In this document: piece by piece, positions 38,936 to 51,476 of the stretch | Layout of the letters: every line of letters starts with the position of its first letter | How positions within the stretch are numbered: the stretch's first letter is position 1 | From: Octopus sinensis | Taxonomy: Eukaryota | NCBI RefSeq assembly: GCF_006345805.1 | Contig: NC_042997.1 | Coordinates: 85,932,001 to 85,996,000 of the forward strand | Length of the DNA stretch: 64,000 nt | Reading direction: 5' to 3' | Made by a program: the position numbers and the translations under genes | Notes under the pieces: model-generated | What the model was told of the DNA's origin: nothing | Seen by the model: the letters and a program-made list of their open reading frames with translations, nothing else | Database searches by the model: none

Positions 38936-39267
38936 TTACACACACACATATATATATATAATCATTTACATGTGGCTGAGGTGTGTATAGGACCTGCAGT
39001 TAGATTTATTGAAGATAAGGTCACTGACCGATCTATAAAAGAAAGTCAATCTATAAAAGTTATTTTTAGCATTTTTGATTGATCAGAATGAATGAATGAA
39101 AACTGAGATTTAAAAGTGAATTTATAAATATAACTTATAAGCAATAGACTGAGAACATTAAGATATTGAACTTTGGGGTTATACAGTTAAAAACTGAGAA
39201 ATTAATCTTACTCAATTGCAATAGAACATTTGCACATTTTAAACTCATTTCTCCAGGTAGTAAACAC

Positions 39268-39570
39268 AGACTGAAGGCACATGGATTAATTGTTAGGGTA
39301 TTTGGCTTACATTCATCATTGTATCTTTGAGCAGGACACTTATTTCATGTTGCACCAGTTCACTCAAAAGTGAGTAGTACCCCTAATTCAAAAGGGCCAG
39401 CCTTGTTGCCTTCAGTGTCACACTGAATCTCCCGGAGAACTACATTAAGGAGACACGTGTCTGTGGAGTGCTCAGCCACTTGCACACTTAATTTCACAAG
39501 CAAGCTGTTCTTTTGACCTGATCAACTGGAACAATTGTCATCATAACCAATGTAGCACCAGTTATATACA
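39268..39570 (+). mobile_element. tRNA-derived SINE (family F)
   Basis: acacgtgtctgtggagtgctcagccacttgca...gatcaactggaac. Confidence 0.8.
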
Positions 39571-40189
39571 GACTGACTGCTGAAAATGATGCTGTTATCC
39601 TCTTCTCTTTTCGCCATCACTTTCAATTTTGAGGGAACGTGAGTCAGTGGGGGACACCATAATGCATGACTTGCAGTTAGAAATAACAACCGAATTAACC
39701 TCAAATTACACCATACTATTTAAACCAATGTTCTCAACCATCTTTTGCTTCAGGACTACTTTGATTCCTATCTTACTCTACTGGGCCTCTGTAGTCATTT
39801 GATGTATATTAAAAAAGATTTTCCTGTATTTTTATAATTAAATATTATTAGATGCAGGTGTGGCTGTGTGGTAAGAAACTTGCTTCCCAACCACATGGTG
39901 TTGGGTTCAGTTCCTCTGCATGACACCTTGGACGAGTATCTTCTGCTATAAGCCTTGGGCCAACCAAAGCATTGTGAGTGGATTTGGTAGACAGAAACTA
40001 GCCATACATGTGTGTGTGTGTTTGTGTGTGTGTATGTGTATGTGTGTCCTTTCTACTATAGGCACAAGGCCTATAGTAGAAAGGACATTTTGACAATCAC
40101 CTTATATTTACAATCATACTTGATAAAACTGTATCTGGAGTTATATCCTGATTACAATTTAGCTTTTACACACACACACACACACGTAG

Positions 40190-40950
40190 TGTACATAAAT
40201 ATGTACATTCGTCGTGCACCATTTAACTTTCGAAGAGCCAACATCCGAATGAGTAGTGCTTTGTAAAGTAAGCGCCTCCCAATCCATGTACATTCATACA
40301 TGAATACAGAGAATCTTAACATTGTTTCCATTCTTGTAACAAAATAATACTTTCTTGGGAGTCAATGTTATCGATGATATATCGACTAACCCGATTCCCT
40401 CAAAATTGCTAGCCTTGTTCCTAACTCAGAAGCAGTTATTTTATATTCTCAGATACATTTCAAAAACACTTCAAAGGAATCCAGCGGGAAAGAAGGGGGA
40501 ATATTTGACTAACGAAAGATATTGTGACATCACAATTTCTGCTACGTGTCTGTATTCTTCCTTTTCCTACGTTTTTTTAATCTTTTTATTGTTTCCACGT
40601 TTTTTTTCTTCTCTATGTCTCCCTCTCTCCTGTTTTTCTCTTTGTCTCTCTCTTTCATCGATCTCACTATTTCCGCTTCTCTCCCTCCTTTCATCATAAT
40701 CAACGCTAGTGTCACCGTCAACGCCTCCGTCATCACCGATTAACGTTTAACAGTTTATACTCCTTACTCGGATATTTCCTTCATTGTTACACGAAAAGAA
40801 GGTAAGAACTGAATGCAGAGTAGATAAAACAGGGAACAACTGATGAAGGAATGTCTTTATGTTGCTTGTCTCGTTTGTCTATTTGTTTCTTTCGTTGTAC
40901 TAAGTGTTCGTTTTCCAGGGTTTTTTTTTTCTTTTTACGTTCTCGTTTCC
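40190..40950 (+). promoter_or_regulatory. CpG-retaining, non-repeat patch with candidate 5' splice donor (putative promoter/first exon)
   Basis: Roughly 25-30 CpG in about 760 bp by hand count against a CpG-poor background; GAAG|GTAAGA at 40800/40801. Confidence 0.35.
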
Positions 40951-41036
40951 CATTTTGCTCACTTTTTTTTTATGTCCTGTACCTATATAAGCATGTATAT
41001 ATACATATATATATATGTAAGCATGTACATATGTGT

Positions 41037-42441
41037 ACAGGGGGATATTCTGGCACCGACCCTATTTTCCATATATTTTGCGGTGGTGTTCTGTATTGCA
41101 TTCAGAAACTGCAGATGCGGTGTTTACATCCATTAGCGAACCTCTGGCAGCATATTTAATATCAGGCGCTTTGCTGCAAAAACAAAGGTATTTACCTCTA
41201 TCATAAGAGACCTTTTGTATGCAGATGATTGTGAGCACACACAGAGATTGATATGCAACACATTTTGAATGCATTCTCTGATGCTTGCACTGCCTTAGGA
41301 TTTGACAGTCAATCTCAAGAAAACTGTCGCCATGCATCAACCTGCCCCTGGTAAGCGGTATAGTGTACCAAATATCTATGTGTATAGTAAACGACCTGAT
41401 GTAGTTGATCAGTTTGTCTACCTGAGAAGCACTATCAATAGATATAGCAATTTGGATGATGAAATTCCATATAGAATTAGGAAAGCAAGTGTTGCTTTCA
41501 GAAGGCTAGAAAAGCGCCTCTGGAGTCAGCGAGATATATCTAGAAAGACAAAGATAAAGGTGTACAAGGCATGTGTGCTCCCTTCTCTTCTCTATGCCTG
41601 CGAGACGTGGGTCATATATCGATACCACCTTAAACAACTGGAACGTTTCCATCAGATGTGTCTCAGACGGATCTATGACATTAAGTGGAAGGACCGCATC
41701 AGTGATCTTGAAATATGGGAAGGCTCTCGGTGTGAAAGTATAGAAGCTCTTGTGTTAAAGCAAAGGCTCAGATAGAGTGGTCATCTGGTCAGGATGAAGG
41801 ATTCAAGGATGCCAAAACAACTCTTTTATGGAGAGTTAGCTTAAGGAAAACGACCTCCACATAAACCAAAAAAAGAGGTATAAGGACTTGCTGAAGGCTC
41901 CTTAAGAGATGCTTGCATCTCTCCTGACACATGGGAAGGCATAGCTATTGATCGTAGCAGATGGAGAAGGATTATGTACGAGGGGACAGCTACTTTTGAG
42001 AAATCTCGAGTTGCACATGAGAAAGTAAGGAGGGATGTCAGGAAGGGCATCGCTGTTACACTTCCATATAGGAAGGGTCTTCCTATGATGCTGACATGCA
42101 GTGTCTGTGCAAGACCCTGCCTCAGTAAAGCTGGACTCAAGAGTCATCTTCGTAGTCATAAAGCGAGACAGATGAGTGACAACCTGGCCACTCGTGGTGG
42201 TGTAACACACCATACTAATCATATCTGTCAGGCATGTGGAAGAGAGTGTAATTCGGCAGGAGGACTTAAACGACATGCAAAGGTACATGAAGCCCAGTTA
42301 CAACTACAGCCGGCTATTACCGGTAAAGGTTTTAGTTGCCAATTCTGTACAAGACATTATAGATCTTTAGCTGGGCTAAAAAGTCACATTCGATCACAGC
42401 ACCAGTAACAGTTAAGCTTCAATAACGAGGGGGCAGCCATA
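41037..42441 (+). mobile_element. 5'-truncated RTE/BovB-like LINE with 24-bp TSD and three C-terminal C2H2 fingers
   Basis: QGDILAPTLFSIYF, LLYADD, TVNLKKT, FVYLRS, KTKIKVYKACVLPSLLYACETW, RMPKQLFYGEL; TSD atatgta(a/g)gcatgtacatatgtgt at 41013-41036 and 42442-42465; stops and frameshifts in RT. Confidence 0.93.
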
Positions 42442-42543
42442 ATATGTAGGCATGTACATATGTGTGTGTATATATGCATATTATTATATATATATATTAT
42501 TTATATTATTATATATATATATTATTTATATTATTATCATATA

Positions 42544-42578
<35 letters not shown>

Positions 42579-42582
<4 letters not shown>

Positions 42583-42816
42583 GGTTGGCCAAAAGCCACC
42601 TGACAGTAAATCAAAACCATTTAATTCCAAGATTTATTTGTTTAAGAACTGAATGAATTTAATAAAAACATTTAAATATGAAGCATCATGAAAATAGTAC
42701 ATACTGAGGTATCTTCTTGAGTGACACATTTTTTCCATTCGAGTCAATGCAGAATTACGGATAGTATATATGGAATTTTGATTTACTGTCGGGTGACTTT
42801 TGGCCAACCCTGTGTA
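42579..42816. mobile_element. Tc1/mariner-type MITE
   Basis: TIR ggttggccaaaagccacctgacagtaaatcaaaa / ttttgatttactgtcgggtgacttttggccaacc; TA flanks. Confidence 0.82.
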
Positions 42817-44188
42817 TCCTTTTTATATCTTTTACATGTTTCATTTACTGGACTTCAGCCATGCAAGAGCACCGTCTTGAAAGTTAAATGAATACGACCC
42901 CAGTTCTTATTCTTTCATGCTTATTTCATCAGTCGTGTTTGACAATATATTTCCATCTGATGTGCACAAAGTATAATTTACTAATTTACCTCTAGTGCAA
43001 ACTTTAAACTACATACATGCATACCCGCCTGTCTATCTATCTGCCTGTCAGTAGTTACAGGTATAATTGTATTTGAATGTGTGTGTAAATGCCTTAGGAA
43101 ATTTAATTCTCCAATTGACAAAATTTATATGATTAGACAAATAAAGATATAATCACTTAGACTGTTGCTAGGCATGTTTTATTTCTTTTTCCTTCGTTAA
43201 TTTTAAAATTTTTTGTTTAACATTTCCTCTTGATTTCCTGAGATACTAACAAGGCAAATTAGAAAATAAATGAATATATGTTTTAATGTTGTTTTTACAT
43301 TTTTGGATTTTTTTTTATTTTATTTTTATTTTGGCTTTGTCAATAAATGTTCATACTTGTTCACATATAATTACCACAATTTGGAAACTAATATCAATGT
43401 TAATAATAAGCTGGTGCACGATGTTGTCTGGCAGCCATATTAGAATAAATATATTTTGTATATCAATTTAGTATAAGACAAAAAAATGCAGAAAGAAATC
43501 ATTTCAACAGGATAAAACTGGTTGAAACATTTGTAATTTTCTTTGTTGAACCTTTTTCATCCAATATTATTTAATATCCTTGTTTTCTTTCACCTTTATT
43601 CTTGTTGCAAGTTATATATAAAATTTGAAATGTTAAAGTTTTCTTATGTCAGTCAGTAAAACATGATTGTTCTTCATTTCTTTTTCCTGTTTCTTTAAAC
43701 TTTCTTATTATGTCTAAATGTATATCTAAATCAGGAATAAATTCAAATTAAAGTATATAAAGATATATATATTATTTTTTTTAGTTTCTTTGTTGTGAAT
43801 CTAACAGCTGTTTTAATGGCATTATTTTATCCTATTTATTTGTCTATTTCCAAACTTTTATCATAAAAGATGATGAGAGAAACTGAGTTAATATACTGAT
43901 TAGTAATAAACATATGCTCAAAATGAGTTTAATAATTTGAGCAATCATTTTCTACTCGTTCATTATTGATCATCTAATCATGTCTGTAATGTTCACATAT
44001 TTCATCTACAGGCATCATCAAATTTAACTATTTTGTTTCATGGATGTGTGTGAATGTTTTTCTATGTGTGTTTGTGTATATGTGTGCAGCTCTGAACAAT
44101 CAAATCTATGACCAAAGATCTTACTGCCGTGATGATTGTATTTATTCTTTCAACATATTGTATCTAAGGCTTCAGTCTAATACGTCTC

Positions 44189-44238
<50 letters not shown>

Positions 44239-44307
44239 CAAACTCATGCACACTCTACAGATTTCTTCAGTTTCACTAAAAATGTATTGGTTGAGCTACA
44301 CCTGTAG

Positions 44308-46521
44308 CACAGGTGTCAAACTCAAAACCCGGGGGGCCATATCCAGCCCGTGAGAGAATTTTTGGCAAATATTTTTTAATGGCCCGGTGATATGAAGTGC
44401 AAACAACAAATTCCCCAATTTGTTCAACAGCCTTGTCGAACGAAAAGCTGCCTGATAGCATTCCCGCGTCAACTACATACATCTTCGTCATTACAGTAAC
44501 CTAGCAACGTCCTGTTCATTTTGGATTGGTGCATAAGAGATGAAAGTAGTGTAGTGCCTGGATATTGCATCACTCCTTCCAGCTTATACCATATCAATCA
44601 AGTGTCTATCAGTAGATGCACAATCTTAATTTTAAATCAAAGCTAGCCATTAAAATGGCCATGAGAAAAGTTTATTCTGAAAAGAGAGTTTTTCAAAGCC
44701 ACGGGAGGCTCAATATGTTTACTGATATTGGCAGTAAACCTATGTGTCTAATTTGTGGAGATAATGTGGCTGTGATCAAGGAATATAATCGAAGATGGCA
44801 CTACGAGACAAATCGAAAAACTTGCATGCAGAACAGAAGCTACAGAATGTAGAAGAACTGAAGAGGAATCTATCATCACAGCAGACGTTTTTCACCAAAG
44901 CAAAATCACAAAGTGAAGCTGCTGTGAAAGCAAGTTTTATTGTGGCAGAGGAAATCGCCAAATCAATCAGACATTTACTGAGAGAGAGTTTCTGAAGAAA
45001 TGCATGATGAAAGTATGTGACGTCTTGTGTCCAGACAAAAAGCAAATGTTTGCAAATGAAAGCCTTAGCAGAAATACAATTACTGATCAAAAGTTTGTGA
45101 GATAGCCACAGATGTGGAAACACAGCTGATTAAAAAAGCAAAGACTTTGTTGCATATTCTCTTGCTATCGAAGAAAATAATGATACAACTGTCACTGCAC
45201 AGCTCACCATCTTCATCCGTGCAGTGGAATCAGTTTACATGAAATCCATGCATGGGATAACAACAGGAAAAGACTTTTTGACAACATATGTTGAAGTGTA
45301 ACTGACATGAACCCGCCTAACTTAAAACAGATGGAGCACCAGTGATGTGCAGTGAAAAAGTGGACTAGTAGGAAGGATACAGTTAAAGATGCAGGAGGAC
45401 TGTACTGGTGAGTTGACAGTATATCACTGCATCATACACCAAGGATCGCTGTGTGGTAAAGTCCTCAACATGGAGTATGTAATGAGCACTCTAACACAAA
45501 CCATCAACTTTATTAGAGCCAAAGGTTTAAATCACTGCCAATTTCAGTCATTTTTTCAGGAAATAGATTCAGAGTTCAGCGATATGCCTTATCATACAGA
45601 ACTGCAATGGCTAAGTCAGGGAAAAGTTCTCACAGTTTTCCTGCTGATCAAGGAAATCTGTCAGTTCGTAGACATCAAAGAAAAGACTCCACAGTTTTGC
45701 TGGATAAAAAGTGTAAATGTGAGATGGCATTTCTGTCTGTCATAACTACTCATCTCAATGTCTTAAGCCTGCAGCTCCAAGAACAGAACCACTTGATCAC
45801 TGATATGCATGATGCAGTGAAGGCATTTCAATTGAAGCTTCATGCTTATGAGATACACAAATGCACCTATGCAACTTGTCTCCCTTTCCTTGTTGCAAAC
45901 CAGTGTTGAACCAAGTCAGTGCCATGGTGTTCCCAAATGCACACTTTGCTGAAAAACAGTTCACATGGCATTTTAGTGACTTTGAAGTACAGACAAGTAA
46001 TTTCTAGCTGTTTTACAACCCATTTGCCATCAACGTAGAAACTGCACTTGTACATTTGTAGATGGAGCTCATAGGGTTGCAGTGTACTGGGGCACCAAAG
46101 GTAAATTATGACACTGTGGGGCCTGTACAGCTTCATTCCTAAAGAGATGCCCAAGCTTCATCTATATCTGTGTGAGCAGCTGTTCTCTGTGATGAAAAAT
46201 AACAAAACGTCACACAGGAGTCCTCTCACTGATGAATACCTGCTGTCCATCCTGAGAATCTCCATAACACAGAACCTTATTCTAAACATAATCTGTTGCC
46301 AAGAAAAGTTCCAAACAGCCAGCTCTGACAAATTGGCATAAAAGTGAAAATTGGCATGCATTGATTTCCTATTATTTTAACTTTTGTCTGTTTTAATTCA
46401 TTTCATTGTTTCAAAAATGGTTTAGATTTCCGCTACTAAATAAATGTTTATCCAGTTCGGTTCGCAACCTTAAGTGTGAGTTGAGTTTTGGCTCCCTGTG
46501 CTATTGAGTTTGATACCCATG
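44308..46521 (+). mobile_element. Near full-length decayed hAT (Charlie/SPIN, GTF2IRD2-like transposase) DNA transposon
   Basis: 17-bp TIRs cacaggtgtcaaactca / tgagtttgatacccatg; TSD acctgtag (44300-44307) / acctatag (46522-46529); motifs KPMCLICGDNVAVIKEYN, YHCIIHQ, FIRAKGLNH, YHTELQWLSQGKVL, YLCEQLFSVMK; many frameshifts. Confidence 0.95.
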
Positions 46522-46529
46522 ACCTATAG

Positions 46530-46555
46530 CATAAGATGCCATTCTATGACACATA

Positions 46556-46586
<31 letters not shown>

Positions 46587-46897
46587 GTATATGTGCATGT
46601 ATGTATATGTATGTATACATATGTATATATGTGTATGTATATGTATGTATGTGTATATATATGTGTATGTATGTGTATATATGTGTGTATATGTATGTAT
46701 GTGTGTATATATGTCTATGTGTATGCATATGTTTGTATATGTATGTGGGTGTATGTATGTATGTATGTATATATATATATATGTATATATGTGTGTATGT
46801 ATGTGTATATATATGGGTATGTATATGCGTATATATATATACATATGTATATATGTGTATATATATATATATGTATATATGTATGTGTATGTATATA
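46530..46897. repeat. (TG/TA/TATG)n low-complexity array
   Basis: Read directly. Confidence 0.9.
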
Positions 46898-48091
46898 TTG
46901 TGTCATCCCATAAATAATGTGGGCTTTTTAAATACTTCTTTTATTTTTCAAAATTAAAATAAAGTTCTATTTTAAACTAAAATATACTCTCCTTCATTTC
47001 CTACAATGCTCTTCCATCTAATTGGTAGACTTGCAAGGCCCTCTTCCAAAATTCACTTGCCCATGATGAAAAATACTCCTCCAGTACCGTACTGAACTCG
47101 CCTGCAGAATTCATATTTTTTCCATTTATTTTGAAGACTGTAAAATAAATGATAGTCAGATGGGGCAGTGTCCAGCAAATATGGTGAGTAGGGCATCATT
47201 TCCCATTCAAACTGCTCCAGCTTTTGGAATGTTATCCTCACTGTATGTGGCTGAGCATTATCCTGATGGAAGAACACCTTTTGTCTTGAAACCAAAGATC
47301 TGGTCATTTTTCTTCTGGTGCTGCTCAAACTGCTTGCAGTAGATCACCTTTATTATCATTTGGTTTGGGTTTTACATATAAAAGTTCGAAGTGGACTATA
47401 CCATCCCACCAAGCAGATAACAACACCTTACATGGGTGAAAGCCTTCTTTAGTTTGGGGTGCCAGTGTTTCTCCTTTCTCTGTCTTCGGCACTTGGCATT
47501 TTTATAGAGAACCCATTTCTCGTCACCAGTCACTATTCAGTATAAAAAAGGTTCTTTCATGAGATGTGACAGCAAAGAAGAGCATGAATTCACTCTGTGT
47601 GTGATTAGACTCACAAAGTTTGTAAGGAACCCTTTGACCCAACTTGTTGACTTTTCCTTGATGAATGGTTGAATAACCAAATACAACCTTCTCTGTTAGT
47701 TCTTCAACAGTTACGATGGAATTTTGTTCCACTAGGGTTTGCAGGATGTCCTCATTGAACTCTGCTGATCTTCCAGAATGATAGGCTGTAGTTTTCAGCT
47801 TGGAATTTCTGGAACCACTATTGACACTGACTTACATTTATTGTCCAGTCCCCATATACTGCACTTGATATTCCTCACACTTTCCATTGTATTGTTGCTT
47901 TTATTGAATTTATAAAGCAAAATATGCCCAATATGCTTTGTCACTTCCATTATAGCTTTGGAAAAAATAACTGTTAAAATTAAATGGCACACATCAAAAC
48001 TTGCACTGATAAGATAATATCTTGTCCTGCTCCGACATTTAGTTCATGCAATTGAATCCCCGCCCACCGCATTATTTATGAGATGACCCTA
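46898..48091 (-). mobile_element. Near full-length decayed mariner transposon, TA TSD
   Basis: 25-bp TIRs (ttgtgtcatcccataaataatgtgg vs tagggtcatctcataaataatgcgg, 4 mismatches); MEVTKHIGHILLYKFNK N-terminus, FFHQDNAQPH, PYSPYLLDTAPSDYHLF. Confidence 0.93.
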
Positions 48092-48925
48092 TATGCGTGT
48101 GTGTGTGTGTGTGTGTATATATATAAAATACATTCTTGTGTGAATATGAACATTATATATATATATCAGTTTCAGCTAATGTTGGCTAAATGCAACGATG
48201 TGAGATAAATGATGTCAGTGATATGACATAGTGCTAATGTTAGCTACAAGAGTGTTGATAAACAGATCAAAATCATATCAGCTGCTTAAAATAGTAACAG
48301 ATATAAGATTATATATTTCAAAGTCACTATAATCTGTTTACACAGTTTAGATGTATTTGTTCGTGCACGCATGCGTACGTGCGTGTGTGTGTGCTTGTGT
48401 GAGAGAGAGTAGGGCCTCAAACTATTAAATGTCATATACAGAATTATGGGAAAAAATATAGTTGTTGTTGTTGAGGTTGTTTAACCCCAGGTCATCAATG
48501 ATCTGACATTTACAATTAAACGTGATATTCCAATTATAACTGTTGTTTTTATGTATATCACTGCTTATATTATTTTTACATTATTATTTTATTTTTTTCA
48601 TTCTCTTACTGGTTGCAGTCATATTTCATGGGTTTAGTATTTAGTCAATTATGTCAACCCCAGTACTTGGTACATATTTTTTCATGAATGCATTTGTATG
48701 CATACACACACTCATACATGCAGTCTCATATATGCATACATACACTAATACACACACACACGTTTGCAAAGTAAATGACTTCTTTTTCCCTTCATTCAAG
48801 GTAGTAGGGTAAGATTTGAAGGAAACTTTGCAGCTATATCTAGCAGATCAAGTAACCACATAGAGACTTCTATGTTTTCTTCAAGTGTATCATGGTATGA
48901 ATGATTGTCTTCCAAAAATAAAGTT

Positions 48926-49100
48926 TTAACACTTTAGCAGTTAAACCAACCATATTTGACCAAAATATTCTGCCTCTGTTATATTTAAACTGGCCAAATC
49001 TGGCCTCTCACACCTACTCAACAATGCATTTTAAAAATAACCACATAAAACCATGAAGCTACAAGATAATTCATGATTAATTCAAGACAATGTGAATAAA
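48926..49100. mobile_element. Possible piggyBac-derived MITE fragment
   Basis: Starts ttaa-cactttagca (TTAA-CCCTTTAG-like); second TIR not found. Confidence 0.35.
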
Positions 49101-50094
49101 TGTTTGTGAGTTGAACTGGTCTAGACAATATGTTGAAACTCAAACAATTACATCATGGAAGAAACATGTTAGCCATGTAACTGTTTTAGCACCAATACCC
49201 CCAACACTATCCCTGGTACTGATAGAAACTTCCTGTTTCTATGATGGAAACTTCCTGAAGCGACCATCATTAAATTTTCATGCTGGATTTCTGAACATGA
49301 TCAGCTGAGATTATGGATATTATCCAACCATTTCATTCTTGGTCTATCTGTAGGTCTCTTGCTGGTTGGCTCGGCTTGAAAAGTTGTGATTCTTTCTTGC
49401 AGCCTTCTGACTATATATCAGATGTACCAAAGCTGTGTCCTCTCAATGGGGAGAAGTAGCAGCTTGATACCATAATGTACTAAATTAGTTATAGTATAGT
49501 AAATTTACTAAAGTTGAGACCTGTTAATGTGTTGTGCTATTTTATTTGTTAATACAAATCATTTGTTAATACAAATTACTGTGTCTTAAGCAATAAGGAA
49601 GCCTATACATCAGTGATTTCTAACCAAGAGGTCATGATACCATAGGGCAACAGTTCTCAAGCATTTCCTCTTGATGAACCTATGTTAAAATTACTTAATA
49701 TTTTTCAATTAATCTGTTCTTTCTTTTTCCATTACATTATTTCAAAAGAAATGAAAATTGTCTTTAAAAGATTTAACAGTACTAAAACTATCAGGTACCA
49801 TAAAGAAGGCCTAAGAAATTTTGTCTTACTTATGATCTTATTTAAACCAATTTTCCTTACAATTCTTTATAAAGCATTCTATTCATAGTCTCCTTACATC
49901 AGCCATAATATTTTATTACCTTAAGGATTATATGCATATAATCTGTGTATTTAATAAAATTACAAATATAGAATTAAATTAAAATATGATTAAAAAGTAT
50001 TTCCATATAAATAACCTATTTATCACTTTCTCTTGTAGAACCCTTAATAACCAGTCAGGAATCCATAGGGTTCTAGAGTACTCTGTTTGAGAAA

Positions 50095-50480
50095 TGCTAA
50101 CCTTGTATAGTAAGAAGTTTGTTTCCCAACCACGTGGTTCCAGGTTCAGTCCCACTGTGTGGCACCTTGGGCAAATGTCTTCTACTATAGCCTTGGGCCA
50201 ACAAAAGATATGTGTGTTGGTTTGGTAGATGGAAACCGAAAGAAACCCATCATATATATATGTGTACATATGCCTTTGTGTATATGCTTGTCCTCTACCA
50301 CCACTTGACAACTGGTGTCGGTTTTGTTTACATCCGTGTAACTTAACATCTTGGCAAAAGAGATGATAAAATGAGTACCAGGTTTAAAAACATAAAAGTA
50401 CTGGAGTCAATTTGTTTGACTAAAAATTCTTCAAAGGCAGTTCCCCAGCATGACCACAGTCTAATGATTGAAACAAAATT
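50095..50480 (+). mobile_element. Long CORE-like SINE (family B)
   Basis: ggttccaggttcagtcccactgtgtggcaccttgggcaaatgtcttctactatagcc...ccccagcatgaccacagtc. Confidence 0.88.
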
Positions 50481-51207
50481 GATTAAAAAAATATCAAAAG
50501 TCTGTTTCCAAACACACAAGGATGTGTTGTGTAGAGTATTAAAGATTTCCAGTTTGAGCTTATGTTTTCTCTATTGGAGTAAAACAAGGATATCATTTAC
50601 CTTAAGAAATAGAGAAATAGACTTGATGAGCTTAGAGAAATTGCTGCTTGACCTGCTATAAATAGCAGCTAAGTTTTCTTTTGCTATACCCTACTATCTT
50701 TTATAAGTTCATGTCTAAGACTACATTTAATAGCATACCATTGGATACATGATTATTCACTCACTCATTTTTGATCCCTAGAACTGTGAAATTTTCTTTG
50801 GTTTCTTGTATGACATTTCTATAGTTGATGTAAGTTTTACAGAGTAAGTTTGTTGCTAAACCCAAGCAAAACCCTTTACCTGGAAGACTGGGGACTATCT
50901 TTTAATCTGGTTTTCTATCCTTTGACCTATCTGGCATCATTGAATCTGTAAAGCATAGTACTAAACACTGCTAGTACAACTCTCAGGATCACTGAAGCAT
51001 GTAAGCTCCCCACAATACCAAGGCAGCAGTCTATGGGGGAAAACATACAGGATGCTCAAATAAAAGAGAGGATGGTCATAGCTAGAACACTCTGTATAAC
51101 AGATCTACTTAATCAAGGCTGGGCTGGAGCTAAACAAGAAGAGCTATTTTCAAGCCTTCATATATTCTATTAATACATTTCTTGAAATTTTGTCATATAA
51201 GTACAGG

Positions 51208-51476
51208 CAGGGCCAGCACTAGGAAGTGCAGGGCCCAATTACAGAATAGTCAGTGGGTCCCTCTACTCTGCAAAAGCTGAAAATTGATGTTTTATGCTTT
51301 GTGTAATAAACCAATCCCAGCCAAAACGTGTTGAGGGCTTGAGGCTCCACTATTAGCTAAAATGATATACTGAAAATTCATCGTAGCATCTTCCACTCAA
51401 GCATATGCACAGGGCCCTCACTTAGCTCAGAGTCCAATTTGAATAAATCTGTCTAATTGGTTTAAAACCAGCCCTG
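51208..51476. mobile_element. hAT MITE with perfect 8-bp TSD
   Basis: Ends cagggcc.../...agccctg; TSD agtacagg at 51200-51207 and 51477-51484. Confidence 0.85.

Noticed and set aside
41974-42408. C2H2 zinc-finger ORF as a host ZNF gene
   Set aside because: Continuous with the RTE ORF and enclosed by the LINE's 24-bp TSD; no TGEKP linkers. Treated as part of the element.
49110-49450. Possible LINE RT remnant on the minus strand (GIGAKTVTWLTCFFHDVI)
   Set aside because: Single short motif with stops; not enough to call.
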